A stretch of 53,430 nt of DNA, the filler included, from Sphacelaria rigidula (taxonomy: Eukaryota), in NCBI GenBank assembly GCA_964200075.2. It is 5 parts of 5 records of this genome, joined end to end, with 100 filler letters (N's around TTAATTAATTAA, not from the genome) between each part and the next. Parts side by side here need not be neighbours in the genome. Positions count along the whole stretch, not along the records: positions 21,415 to 32,020 come from CAXNAA020006212.1; positions 32,121 to 42,725 come from CAXNAA020006213.1; 3 more parts are not named here. One strand, written 5' to 3'. How positions within the stretch are numbered: position 1 is the first letter of the stretch; each line of letters opens with the position of its first letter. Shown in pieces: positions 25,353-37,335 of the stretch. Below the pieces are notes generated by a model. It ran no database searches. It had not been told where the DNA came from and saw only the letters and a program-made list of their open reading frames with translations. The position numbers and the translations under genes were made by a program.

Positions 25353-27978
25353 CTGTTCATTACCATCTCCGCCTTGATTTTCGATGTTAGCATTCATTTT
25401 ATTCTCCCCGCTGTCACCAGGCACCGCCGAATCATCGTCTACCCCAGGCTGGCTGTGATCGCGCTGCGCTCCTGTCTCGTCTGGCATGCAGATCCTCTGC
25501 GTGAGGTAGTCGGCTATATAGCCCATATAGGCCTCATCAGCAACTCTCTCTTTTCGGGCTTCTTCGCTTTCCGCCTGCGTGCAGAAATTAGAACAGGCCG
25601 ATCGGTGTACACTCATCCACAGGGCGATTAAGAAAATATAGAGCATGACTCCCACGACAGCAATCGCCGATAACTCGTGGCTGCTCCAAAGCTCAACCAA
25701 AGGGCGCTGAAGAATGAAGACCCGCCGTTCTGGGCCAAGGTGCTTCCCCCCGTTGCAGTATTCATGGATGCACAGCTACCGCCAGAGAGGACACCAGGAA
25801 CGTGGGTAGTTAGATGAACTACAGGAAAGACACGCAACTCTCGTCGCCAGACAGATTCGTAAGTGTATGTTGAGGGGTGTTCGTAGGATGGTCTGGGGTG
25901 GTCAATAAGATACACCTTGTCAAAATAAGGTACAACAGTCTAGTGATGGTACATACCGGGACTACGCGGGATGACTTTATATTGTGATGTTCGTGACTGG
26001 ACATACGTGAGTGGTGCTCGTCGCATGTTGGGACCTTGATCCCAACTGCGATCACTCCCCTTCCTTCCCTCTTCATCAACAAAGCTTTATACACATTTCT
26101 ACCTCATCTTGATCGGCAGTCAGCCGTGTCCATTGATCGACAATCGCAGTCGTGTCCATTGATCGACTATCTGAGTCGAGTCTGCACCCCATCCTCTCAC
26201 GGGGTCACGAAGCTACGAACACTCAAACAAGGGGTACTACACTCGCAGTGATAAAGCAAGTGGGAAACGGGTATGATGATTCATCCAACCGAGTCCACAA
26301 GCTTCACCTCACCGCAACGATAACATCGCGACCCTGAAACAAGGGCGCCATCAAATGATCGTATTAATAGTGGTGTGACAACGCAAGCCAAGTAGCCCCT
26401 GGAAAACCCAAGCCGCGATCGCGTTTTGCCTGTACTCGCCAGTCTCACGACCACCGATACGTCATAATACCGTCGCTCAGCAAAGGTTACAGCAAGCGCA
26501 TATGTTCCAGCAACACCCTGGGTCTAACGTGACGTTCACCTTCATGGCAGCGCCTTCAGAGGTCTCAAGACCCTCCGCCCCTCCGGACACTCCTCCTGCG
26601 GCGACCGCCGCCGCCACCTGCTCCGCCGTATGCTTCTCTTCCAGCTCCTTCGCGCGCTCTGCAACAGCTGCACTGTTCTTGGGGATCTGCGGGTATTCTC
26701 GAACGAATGAAAGGGAAAGTGGTGCATCCTTGTGCACTTGTTGCGTTTACAACGGTCGTCAACTGATTTCGGCCGATAGATGAAGGATTTCTGTGGCATA
26801 CACAGTATGAAGTATATGTTGGCGCACTTCTACGTGTCTACCGGAACAGTCCTAACGGGGTCCATTACGGTCGAGGTACAGCCACGTCGAAATTCACCAT
26901 GTAACAGTCAAGCTCTACACTCTCTGTCAGACACGAATGTGTAGTATTCTGAATGTATGTTTGGCAGTATAGTGTAATGATTGGCCACCTTGGAGGGGTT
27001 GATGAAGATGATTGGATAGACCTCCAAGCTGTGGGTGTTGAAAGAGCTAAGGGCCATGAAGCCCGCCTTGGCATTTAGCTGGAGTGCGATCTCGATCAAA
27101 TCCTTGGTCCTGCAGCACATCGAAATGCGTTCACGGTAACCGCCGGGTTCCCATGATTTGTTGCCGTACTGTCTCCTTCGTTAGTTTTCCCAAAAGCCTC
27201 CGTTTGGCGATATAGATCAACTCCTGCTGCGTTTGGTTGTCATGTACGGTACGATTGGAAACCAAACCCCGCCTCTACACAACAGAAGGCTGATTTGTTC
27301 CGGCAATGGTCGCAGCTGGGAAGGAGTAACTCAACAAGGTTTTGAACTATTCTTACGTGCCGTATGCACAAACAGATAGCCTTGTCGTGGGGTGTAGTCG
27401 AGGTTACATATACATGGCTACCGTACAAAATGATGAGTTGAGACCCAAGCAAATGAAGGGCGCACAGGACCAAACCCCTCGATGCGGAATTTTGATCGAT
27501 GGGGTCGTCAGTCTCTGAAGCATTCCTATTCCAGAGTATACCGTCGCGACTCTTCGGTAGTCCTCCACCCACAAAACGGAATTGAACAGATTAACCATGT
27601 TTAATCAGCATAGTTATACGGCATTGTACCAATAATTCTGACGGTTACTGTCGTACATTCGAACAGCGATGCCTGCCTAATTCGTCGAAGCGTTTACCAT
27701 CACTCTCTCGACGTCATAATGCGAGTAATCTGAACAAGCTGGAAGAGAAGAGGGTGACATTACAGGTATTATAAACGAGCAGTAAAACGTACCTCCAAAA
27801 AAACTTTTCGCCCCGAAATACGGTTCTTCCAAGACTAACGAGCGGTCCTTGGGATTCCGCCGCCTCTGCTTGAGACATGTTGGCGTTGACCCCTCCAGTC
27901 ATGTCGGTAGAGCCGCCGACGTTGTCCTTGACGTTCACGGCTTCGTTGGCCATTTGTCGAGCTGCTTTGTCCAATTCT
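25353..27978 (-). CDS. Multi-exon gene of unknown function (exons 27793-27978, 26989-27109, 26540-26686, 25353-25574)
   Basis: All four exons have AG/GT ends and compatible phases (2-2, 2-0, 0-0, 0-0); they join to ...GRTVFRGEKFFWR-TKDLIEIALQLN...PIIFINPSK-IPKNSAAVAERAKE...AAMK-AESEEARKERVADEAYMGYIADYLTQRI; start and 3' exons not resolved. Confidence 0.8.
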
Positions 27979-28281
27979 CTGCGTTGTATCAAGAACAGCG
28001 AAATCGTAGGAAATGTGGACTGCAAAAGATAACTTCGTTGTCGGAGAGCGGGAACGCAAGAGATGTATTCCTTCCATGAAATCATTTTTTTTGCAAGATC
28101 GCCTGCCCCGTCTTGGAACAGGATCATGGTGTGTCATCGCCTCATAGTTCGGGAGCATAAAAGGTGTCTCCATGAGAGGATGTTTTTGTCAAGGAGGAGG
28201 GGCGGAGGGTGTGTGTGTGCTCATGATCTTGCATACCGTAGTGGTAGGGGGGAACATATGTAGTGGTAGGGGGGAAGGGGG

Positions 28282-28322
28282 AGGGGCGTACTCATTTATT
28301 GCTTGCCTAAGTCGTTTGACCA
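28282..28322 (-). mobile_element. 41-bp LINE 3' tip with an exact 15-bp TSD
   Basis: TAGGGGGGAAGGGGG at 28267-28281 and 28323-28337 flank AGGGGCGTACTCATTTATTGCTTGCCTAAGTCGTTTGACCA. Confidence 0.9.
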
Positions 28323-29870
28323 TAGGGGGGAAGGGGGGGGGAATACCAGAGGGAGAAATCTCTTCAGATTAACTATGTGTGCTTCCTGGAAAATTCTGGG
28401 TCTAGCAACAGGCCTGAAGAGGGGGCGATGTGACGATTTTGATTGTAGTGGCTCATCAAAATGACCACTGATAAGTCTCGGTAACAAATTGCCTAGTATT
28501 CATTGATAGGAACGGCGTTGCAATGAAGAGCGATGGCAGCGAGAGTTTCGGGATATCGCATTTGGCCAATGATCATGGAAGTATTTATTTACGGTACAGC
28601 ATCAGCAGTACAGACTGTGAAAAGGCACACTTGAGACGATGTGTCATGCGTGCAACAGCCCTCACAGAACCGCAGTTATGGAAGCATAGGGAAACAGTAT
28701 ATTGTTTGTGTATATCGCAGCATTAGTGGTTGCCAGCGTGAACGTTTCGTCATACTCTCAACCCTAAATCTTCCTGAGGACGAGTCCCTACTCCCAAGGG
28801 ATCGACCCTCCTCTCTCCTCCCTCGCGGTACACGCCACACATGTTGCTATCGCGGATTAGATCATGACCATCAGCACTCGTGCACAGGGTCCACTCTCGT
28901 CACACAAAGTTCCTTCACTACTCGCGACCTGACGTTTTCACCGACGATAATCTCATACTTTTCAGGGAAACAGTCGCATCGGCCGAGATTCGAATCTCTA
29001 ATCTTCGGCACCAACTGGTGTCAGCTGTACCATTTGACTTCAGACAACCGAACCCCTGCGGAAATCACGAAACATGAACACCCTTGACTTGTGTGCGGCT
29101 CAAAGCCGGTGAGGGATATTCCCGCACTAATCTATATATCAATACTCAACATCCGTGTATTCACGTGAAAAGGAGTGGTGAGTCACAGGAGAAACAGTTG
29201 CTCCGAAGTCAAGGTGGTGGTGGACAATGCTGGGCAATCTGGGAGCGGGTCGGGGGCCAAGGGTTTCAAAACGACCAAAACAGCTACTATGTTCACAAGT
29301 TGGTTTGTTTCAACGAAAATACCACGTTCGACAGTTTACCCGAAGCGTATTTGATAAGAAGGGAGCAGGCCAGTGTACGTCATGACGTGATCATGCCGAG
29401 GGCGAAAACGAGGCATTTATACAACAAACAGAGGCTAGTAAGGAGTTGCCAACAGCATCAGAGAGGATAAGTCGACTTTCACTACGGGATAGGATGTGGT
29501 CCATAAATAGTGCGGTATGGATGTGTATCGCCATGCACCCCCACTAGAACACCTTTCACCCAGGTTTGTTTACGAGCTCGAGCTACTCTTTATCCAACGC
29601 GGGGCAGGGGGGCATCATGTCATCACCGCTGAAAAGTGAAGTGTTGGTGGAGAACACGAGACGCATGCTAGATATTCCGTTGTGTTTCGGCTGAACCACT
29701 CATGACACCATTTCGGCGAATTTTTCATTTTCATCTTCATTTTCATGTTTTAGTATGATCTCGTTGCTGTCGACGTATTTAGAGATCGCAGGCCCTAACT
29801 TCTTTTCATCATGAATCTGAGGATCATGAACTGGGCTCGTGCATGCGCAATAAAATTGAAAACGTCGTCA

Positions 29871-31272
29871 GATTATGAAGACCGAGCAGATATTTCAAGA
29901 GCCCTGGATGCTGATAGGTACTTTTACGTATCCGCAGAGTACATATTTGGGATGCGCAGAGTGAGTGCCTTTCAAGAGCAGTCCGGCAGGGTTCCTTTGG
30001 GGAAGCACCCACATACAAACCTCACAAGCTACTTCCCCCTGAAACGTGAACTTGTTGTTGGCGACACATTGGCTGATTGATCGATTGATTGTCGCACATC
30101 CACACCCACACCAACGACCCCACCCCGAACATAGACACACAATCCTACTATGAACGATCCCACTTCAAGCGAACAAAAACACCCCGGTGAAGAAAACTCG
30201 AGAATTGGGCAGGATTTGAAAACAATAAGAGAAGGAGACATTGAGCGAACTGGATACTGAGGTGGGAAAAAGAGGGGAAAGGAAAGAATGTCAGGGCAAA
30301 GAGAACTGAGAAAACGCCAGGCTAATTTTTTAAGCCGATCGGAGGTCTCCTGGACACCAAATAAACAAGGCGGTGCAAGCAGATTGTGATTGCGGTTCAG
30401 CTATCTGACGACAGTACTATTCGGGCAGGACATCTCATCCAACGGGCTATACAGGCGCGAGACATACCCTGATACTGAAAGGAAGACGAAACGAAGAGTG
30501 GCGATGGCAATGATCACGACAGCGCGAAGGAGAAGGAAGTAAGTGAGGAAAGGAGGGAGAGAGGAGAAGGAAAAAGAGAGAGAGAAAAAAAGGAACGAAA
30601 TGAGCGTAAGGTGGGAAAGAGAAAGAAGAGAAACCCAGAGAGCGAGCAAAACAAGTGCAAGAACGCACCCAAGGAACATCGTCATCGGGTTAGTTGCAAT
30701 CCAAGAAAATAAGTCAACAACCGACAGGATAAGATAGGTGTACATCTTTTTCCGCCTGGCTCCTCCATCCATCCCTATTTAGTAGCGAAGCGGGCCACTC
30801 TCTTCATCGCCATTCCCGTGTTGGATTTCTCACAGGCGTTGTTGCTACTCCTGTTATGCCAATGGTGAAGGCGCTTCCTTTCAGCCGCCGTCAAGTGATT
30901 GATAGATAAATTGGTAGATTGATCGTCGCAGTTTGAGTGACCCCCCAGGGAGCCAGCCGGGGTCACATGATGGACGTACACGAGACGAAACAACACTGAC
31001 ACGCTCGCTGAAAAAAATAAATATAAAAAAAGGGACAACACAACAACAGAGTAGATTATGACAAAAAACAAATAAAAGAGAAATGAAAGAAATGACATGT
31101 CAACCGCAATTATGTCGGGGATTATTCCTAAAAGGTCGCTGGAAGGCACTGACTACATTTGGACAGCGGGTATCGAAGAGACTTCTCGCAGCTGTGGAAC
31201 AGGGCGTTGCTCACCGGTCAGCCCCGTTGATGATGCCTCTCCGTGCGCGCTCTGCCTTCCAGGCCATCGACG
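29871..31272 (+). CDS. Two possible exons (~29871-29917 and ~31134-31272) of a divergently oriented gene
   Basis: AG/GT boundaries and an open joined frame, but the reading frame is ambiguous and there is no recognisable motif. Confidence 0.3.
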
Positions 31273-32020
31273 GTATCTGAACATAAAATATTCGGGGGTG
31301 GAGGTTCAGTGGTGTCACGTTCGTGGGGGGAGGCCACAATAGAAACGATAACTCAAGGTCGTGGGGTGTCGTGCCTCTGGTGTGGGTCGTTGGAGGAATG
31401 CGAGAGGATCGCTTTTACGTACGCAATGGAAGGACTGCCTCCGACAAAAGGATTGGAAATCATCATCATCATCACCATCATCACTATTGTAGCGTGCCGG
31501 AAGCAGAGCGACAATGTTACTTTTTTTCTAGATTTACCGGGAAAATTGTTGAACATACAGCGGGTGTAATTTTCCTCGTACGCTGGCATGCTTCGCCTTC
31601 TCTACCATGTTGTCGCCCCGCGCAATGTCGTGGTTTGCATGTGCGGTAATAATTGTTGTAGTTTCCGTCTTGTGTACTATACGGACGAATGTTTTCCCTT
31701 GACCAAATGTTCCCCAACGCAGCGAACTGGACATGTCGCCATCCTTTCGGGATGTTGGACACGAGCGCTATCGGTCGAGAGTCCTTTCCCACTGGTACGT
31801 TAAGGGGCAGTGGTCTTGTCATAGGTAAGAAATATTGGCGAAGTGCTACCGTTTTTCACGCCAAAATTCAGCAGCATTTGCGTCCCGGTTGTTGCCATTA
31901 GGGGGGAGAGGACGGGGGTTCGATTCCCAATACGTCGGTTTTTTTCTTCGTAATGTATGATTTCCACCGTGGAAAGCGTAAGAACGTGAGTAAACAAAGT
32001 TGTCGACTGGGTTTGTGTGA

Positions 32021-32120
32021 NNNNNNNNNNNNNNNNNNNNNNNNNNNNNNNNNNNNNNNNNNNNTTAATTAATTAANNNNNNNNNNNNNNNNNNNNNNNN
32101 NNNNNNNNNNNNNNNNNNNN
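32021..32120. other. Artificial contig linker
   Basis: N44-TTAATTAATTAA-N44. Confidence 0.98.
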
Positions 32121-32594
32121 GGGCATGGTTGTCATCGACCCCCCCCCCCCCCCCCCCTTCGAGAGTTGACGTCGGTTTGCAACAACGCTGTAAAACACGC
32201 TAAACATTGCGTAAGCTAGGCAACCAGATTGCCATTTTTTTCCCGCTTGCGTTTTTTTGCGGTAACCATGGTTGTGGTCGAGCCATATCATAATGTGCGG
32301 GGTGGAGAGCCTGAACTCCGCACAAAGAGGATGATCGTAATACGTCGTGTTTACATGGCGAGACACCTATGAGGCAGTGTGTAACCCGTGGCACTGTCTG
32401 GAAATGACGATACCAGACAAGAAAGCAACTCATTGTAGGCTGACATCCATATGCGAGAGTGTCAGTACGCTTTTAGCCGAACAATCTTACCAGGGTGCAG
32501 ATCATCCTCCATGCGACTCGCCCAACACGTCACGGGACTTCGCGCTTGGTGATCGATTGCGAGCCTGGTTCAGTGAAAGCCCGCCGCGCTCCGC

Positions 32595-32657
32595 TCCGGC
32601 TTCGTGGGGATGAGAGGTCAACGGCCATACGACTACAGCATGCAACATCATGAGTAC
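32595..32657 (+). mobile_element. 3' end of C-tailed LINE (subfamily B)
   Basis: GAGGTCAACGGCCATACGACTACAGCATGCAACATCATGAGTAC followed by a C run. Confidence 0.8.
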
Positions 32658-34184
32658 CCCCCCCCCCCCTCCTTCAAAGGATCGCCTTAAAGTGGGAACA
32701 CCACTGTCAGTTTGCAGGGTTCTCTATGGCGGGCGTCTAGTTGCAGTTATAGAATCAGTAGACAGCGAGGATTTGTGCTGATGCATATCGTTTGCAAATC
32801 CATCGCTGCGCGCTCAAGGTCAGCGTTCATGAAGGGTCGTTTTCAACTCCTTCGGCAGCGCGAACAGTATGTGACGATTGTTGTATGCTCGGGCGTCGTT
32901 TCCCTCGAGAAGAGCTCATCGCCTCGAATAGATAGTCGCGGGACAAACTTTACCCTCAAATTGCCCGAGAATCACGCGTGGCAGACACCCTTGGTGAGTG
33001 TGTGTCGTCCGTCGACGTCGTCTCGAGGTCACTGATGTCACGGTCCCGATTATAGGTTTTGTTGTTGTGACTCATCTTGCACCCGTGTTTTCATCCCAAT
33101 GTCCGGCAGGAAGGTCATGGAGTTGCTAATTGAGGAACCACTGCGGCGAATATCGGCTCCGATGAGGTACGATCGGCGTAGCTCTGCCTGCTAGTCACCA
33201 GCGGCGACCCCAAGTTTCCCTGAGGTTTTATGGTGGCCTTCGCTAGACACAGGCTGGGGTGACTGACCTCGGGCGATGCACTTTTGGCTGAAACAGCATT
33301 TTTTTTCCCTCTTATGCTCGATTATTTCTCCTTTTCGAACTTTGAATGGACTTTGACAGGTGCGTAGAGCAGAGGTATTGCGATTTTCATATATATTACG
33401 TATTGTATTGTCCAGGGTGTGGAAGATTATTTTTCTTGCCACAAGGAGCGGCCTGCACGTTAAGCGTGGTATATTCCATCTGAGTCCATCTAAGGGGCAA
33501 TCGCCGTCTTGGTGTTAAGTTCTTACGCTGCCGCGGATTCCCAAACGTGAAGTTAACATCAGGTCACGCTCACGCTCTCATGAAGACTGTTTTTTTTTTT
33601 AAATCTTGTCTTGATTTTTGCTGCATGGGGCATCGGCAGTACTTTAAATCCGAAACAAGGAGAATCACCGTCACCAGTATCGGACATTACACATCATCTC
33701 ACGTGAACCAAGGGTGGGCTATCTGGTTATTAGATACATTTTCAATCGATACCGATCCAGCAGATGACCTGCCCTGGTGGTGAAAGGGTTGAAGGAGTCT
33801 AGCTCAATTTTCTGACTCCCTACGCTAGGGTTTGGACGCAGCCAGTTGCCAGAATCCCTACCGGAAATGATGTAACGTCAAGATGATGTTGGAATTTCAA
33901 ACATCACTGAATACCACGTTGTCTTTTCTTGTTGGGTTTTGCCGAATGGTTGATTTCGAAAGCTCGAAGCTCCGCGTATCGAAAGTGCTGGCTAGACTCC
34001 TGTCAGTATGGCAATGCGTACTATCAGAGACATTTGATGGCAGTGACATCCCTTTTTTCGGACCCAAGACGCCGCTGTATGATTTGTGAATCGAAGATTC
34101 GAACAAGAACTTCAGTCTCCATTCAGAAATATGTGGCCTCATTTTTACACTGTATTCCGACCACCCCTCCTCTGCGAAAATTCG

Positions 34185-34258
34185 GCGTACTCCATCCCGG
34201 CTTTGTAGGTATGTGAGGTCAATTGTCATGTAACTACGGCACGCAAGATCATGAGTAC
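34185..34258 (+). mobile_element. 3' end of C-tailed LINE (subfamily B)
   Basis: ...GCACGCAAGATCATGAGTAC-CCCC. Confidence 0.75.
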
Positions 34259-34707
34259 CCCCTTCTCGAGAAGAGCCCACAGTCTCACGAGATAAACTCA
34301 TCTCTCCGCCGGTACCTGCTTTCCACTTTGACACATGGAGCATTGGATGATGGCTACTGTATCGGCACTCCTGCAAAACCCGTTGACTTGAATTAAATCG
34401 TATTGCCGACCAACGTTATCACATTTTTGAACAACGGAAAACCAGATATGATGATCCTTGCTGCCGGTATTCGAATCCGAAGCGTTCGTCCAAAGTAGGC
34501 TTGATGCACCACTTTGACCACCAGTGCACGGCAGCTATGCGAAGCCCCATATGTTATCGTTTTTCACACCTCTTCTCTCCGCTGTGATTGGCATTTCATG
34601 TGTTTCGACCTTCTTGAAGTCGTCGCTCTTGCATACTTCGTCACTTGAACGTCGTCGCATATATTGTTTGTCCCTCCAATGCTATATTTTACACCTCATT
34701 TTTCACA

Positions 34708-37298
34708 ATGGGTAGAGAGGCGGCGATAATGGCAGATATCAGTTTGCCCGGTGACGTTGGCGCCTTCATGAATGATGACATGGAGGATCTGCGAGGAGAG
34801 CCAGACGGCGATGATGCAGCTCCCAGCCTTCGAAAAATGCGTTCCAAGCAATCGAGAGGGCGGAAGGCAGCACGGGAGCGGGCAAAGGCATCGAAGAAAC
34901 AGGCACGCTACCCTCTTTGTGTGCCGTCCCATTTTGGTTGCATGATTTATATGGTCGAGATGGAGACGAATGTATCGTGATGAGCTATCAAGCTAATTCA
35001 AGGGAATGTTATGTTTCCTTTCAGGTATAGAATTTGTTTTTCACCGCAAGCTCGAGCGGAAGGACCGCCCCCCTCCCCCCTCCCCCCTGTTCTGTAAGAT
35101 TCTGAACGATAGAGAAGGAATAAAGCTAGAAAAGAAAGAGAACTTCAGCGAGGGGCAAGCAGGATTTAGACTAAACCGTAGACCATGTGTACACACTGAG
35201 TAATATTATTCAGGGTAGGAAGGACACCGGGCTGACAACGAACTGTTTCTTTCTGGACGTGCAAAAGGCTCATGACACAGTATGGAGAAATGGGTTGTGG
35301 AAAAAGTTTCGGGAAGCTGGGATCAGAGGAAAGACGCGGAGAATGGTAAAGAAGATAACAGAATGTGCCAAAAGTGCCATGATACTAGACGGGGAAAATA
35401 TCGAAATATTTTTATATCTTACAAGGAGCTGCACAAGGATATGCGTTACACAGGCACCGTAGGTAAGGTGGGTACCCGGTGCCGGTATTTGGGACATCTC
35501 ATACTCTACCGATACCGGTCCAATCCGATATTTTCAAATGTCATTCCTACGATACCTACGATACCACGGTATTTCGATATTTCAATACCTACCGTACCCG
35601 CCAAATCCGGTGTTTTCAAATGTCATACCTACGATACCTACGATACCTACGATACTACGGTATTTCGATATTTCAATACCCACCGTACCTGCCAAATCCG
35701 GTATTTTCAAATGTCATACCTACGATACCTGCGATACTAGGGTATTTCGATATTTCAATACCTACCGTACCCGCCCAACCCGGTATTTTCGAAACTCATA
35801 CCTACGATACCTACGCATACCACGGTATGGGATACCCCGGTAAATACCGGGTATATACCGGGGATATACCCGGTATTTACCGAACGCGATACACTCCCCA
35901 CGATGCAGCAGCTGGTACAAACTCACGCTAAGGCCAGAAGCTGTCGGATCAGGCACGTCTTGCCTTCACAAGTAATTACTACCCAGATTCTCCGTAAATT
36001 GCGTGTTTGGATCAGTTCAAATGAATCATTCCCATGTCCTCTGATGTTTTTGGTGTGTGGGTATAAATATTAGATTACCATTTGAAGGTATACATTGTTT
36101 CATGTCAAAGATGAACAGTACACGCAATAATATTCTACGTGCAAGCAAACAGGCAGAAACAAAACCAAAATGAGGAAAACCAAAAAGGGAGGGGTCGCAG
36201 GAGGCATGCAATATACACAACAATGTCCCAACATACCAATGAAATAACCTTCCATATTTATATACAGTAAATACTGCCCAATTGCCGGGTGCTCTGAATG
36301 AAAAAATACAACTACACATGGTGGGGTAACGCCTACTCTTGCGTACTACTGCACTGAAACGCTTCGCACTGCCAGACGACAGTTTTGAATTTGGTATAGA
36401 GGGTAAGGCAGGTACCCGGTACCGGTATTTGGGACATCTCATACCCTACCGATACCGGTCCAATCCGGTATTTTCAAACGTCATACCTACGATACCCACG
36501 ATACCACGGTGTTTCGAGATTTCAATACCTACCGCACCCGCCAAATCCGGTTTTTTCAAATGTCATACCTACGATACCTACGATACCACGGTATTTCGAG
36601 ATTTCACTATCCACTGTATCTGCCAAATCCGGTATTTTCAAATGCCGTACCTACGATACCTACGATACCAGGGTATTTCAATATTTCAGTACCTACCGTA
36701 CTCGCCCAACCCGGTATTTTCAAATGTCATACCTAATATACCTAAGCATACCACGGTATGGGATACCCCGGTAAATACCGGGGGTACGCTCGGTACGGTA
36801 CCTTACCTACGGTGCCTATGCAGTCGTGTTCATGTGGGACAAGTAAGTGAGCAAAACAGTCACCGAAGGCTATCTCGCCACACCTCAATCATCTAGTTGG
36901 TATGATTGAAACATACTCGTAGGTCGGAAGGATGTGACGAAATGGTTTGGTTGATTGGTTGATGGACCGATTGGCATACACGCTAAGTGATCCCCGGAGG
37001 ACGTAGCAGTAATGACAAGGTGGACGTCTCAAGGGTTGACAAAACGTAGGCGTCGGAGAGAAGAGAAGAGTAGAAACAAGGAGTATGGTGAGATGAAACA
37101 AACAGGCGAGAGGAGTGAACTGAAACACAAAAGCGAGAACAAACCCGAGTAGAAAAGGAGAGGGAATGGGAGGAAAGAAAAGGAAAGGAGATATGCCAGT
37201 GGGTTGATGTAACGTGTGATCTGTCAAATGCGGTTCGAAAGACAGTCTCGTGAAGGAGGGGGTGGAGTCATCCTCCGGTAGAGTTCGTGCGAGAAAGT

Positions 37299-37335
<37 letters not shown>

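Noticed and set aside
30401-30772. Hydrophobic ORF resembling a membrane protein
   Set aside because: Reverse translation of a low-complexity purine-rich tract; no splice or motif support.
31900-31950. tRNA B-box-like GGTTCGATTCC (similar motifs near 11987, 20055, 41380)
   Set aside because: No cloverleaf or properly spaced A-box could be built; at most SINE remnants.
35282-36896. Repetitive ORFs (YLRYLRY, IPTIPT) and a CRISPR-like look
   Set aside because: These are translations of transposon subterminal repeats; there are no unique spacers and no cas genes.
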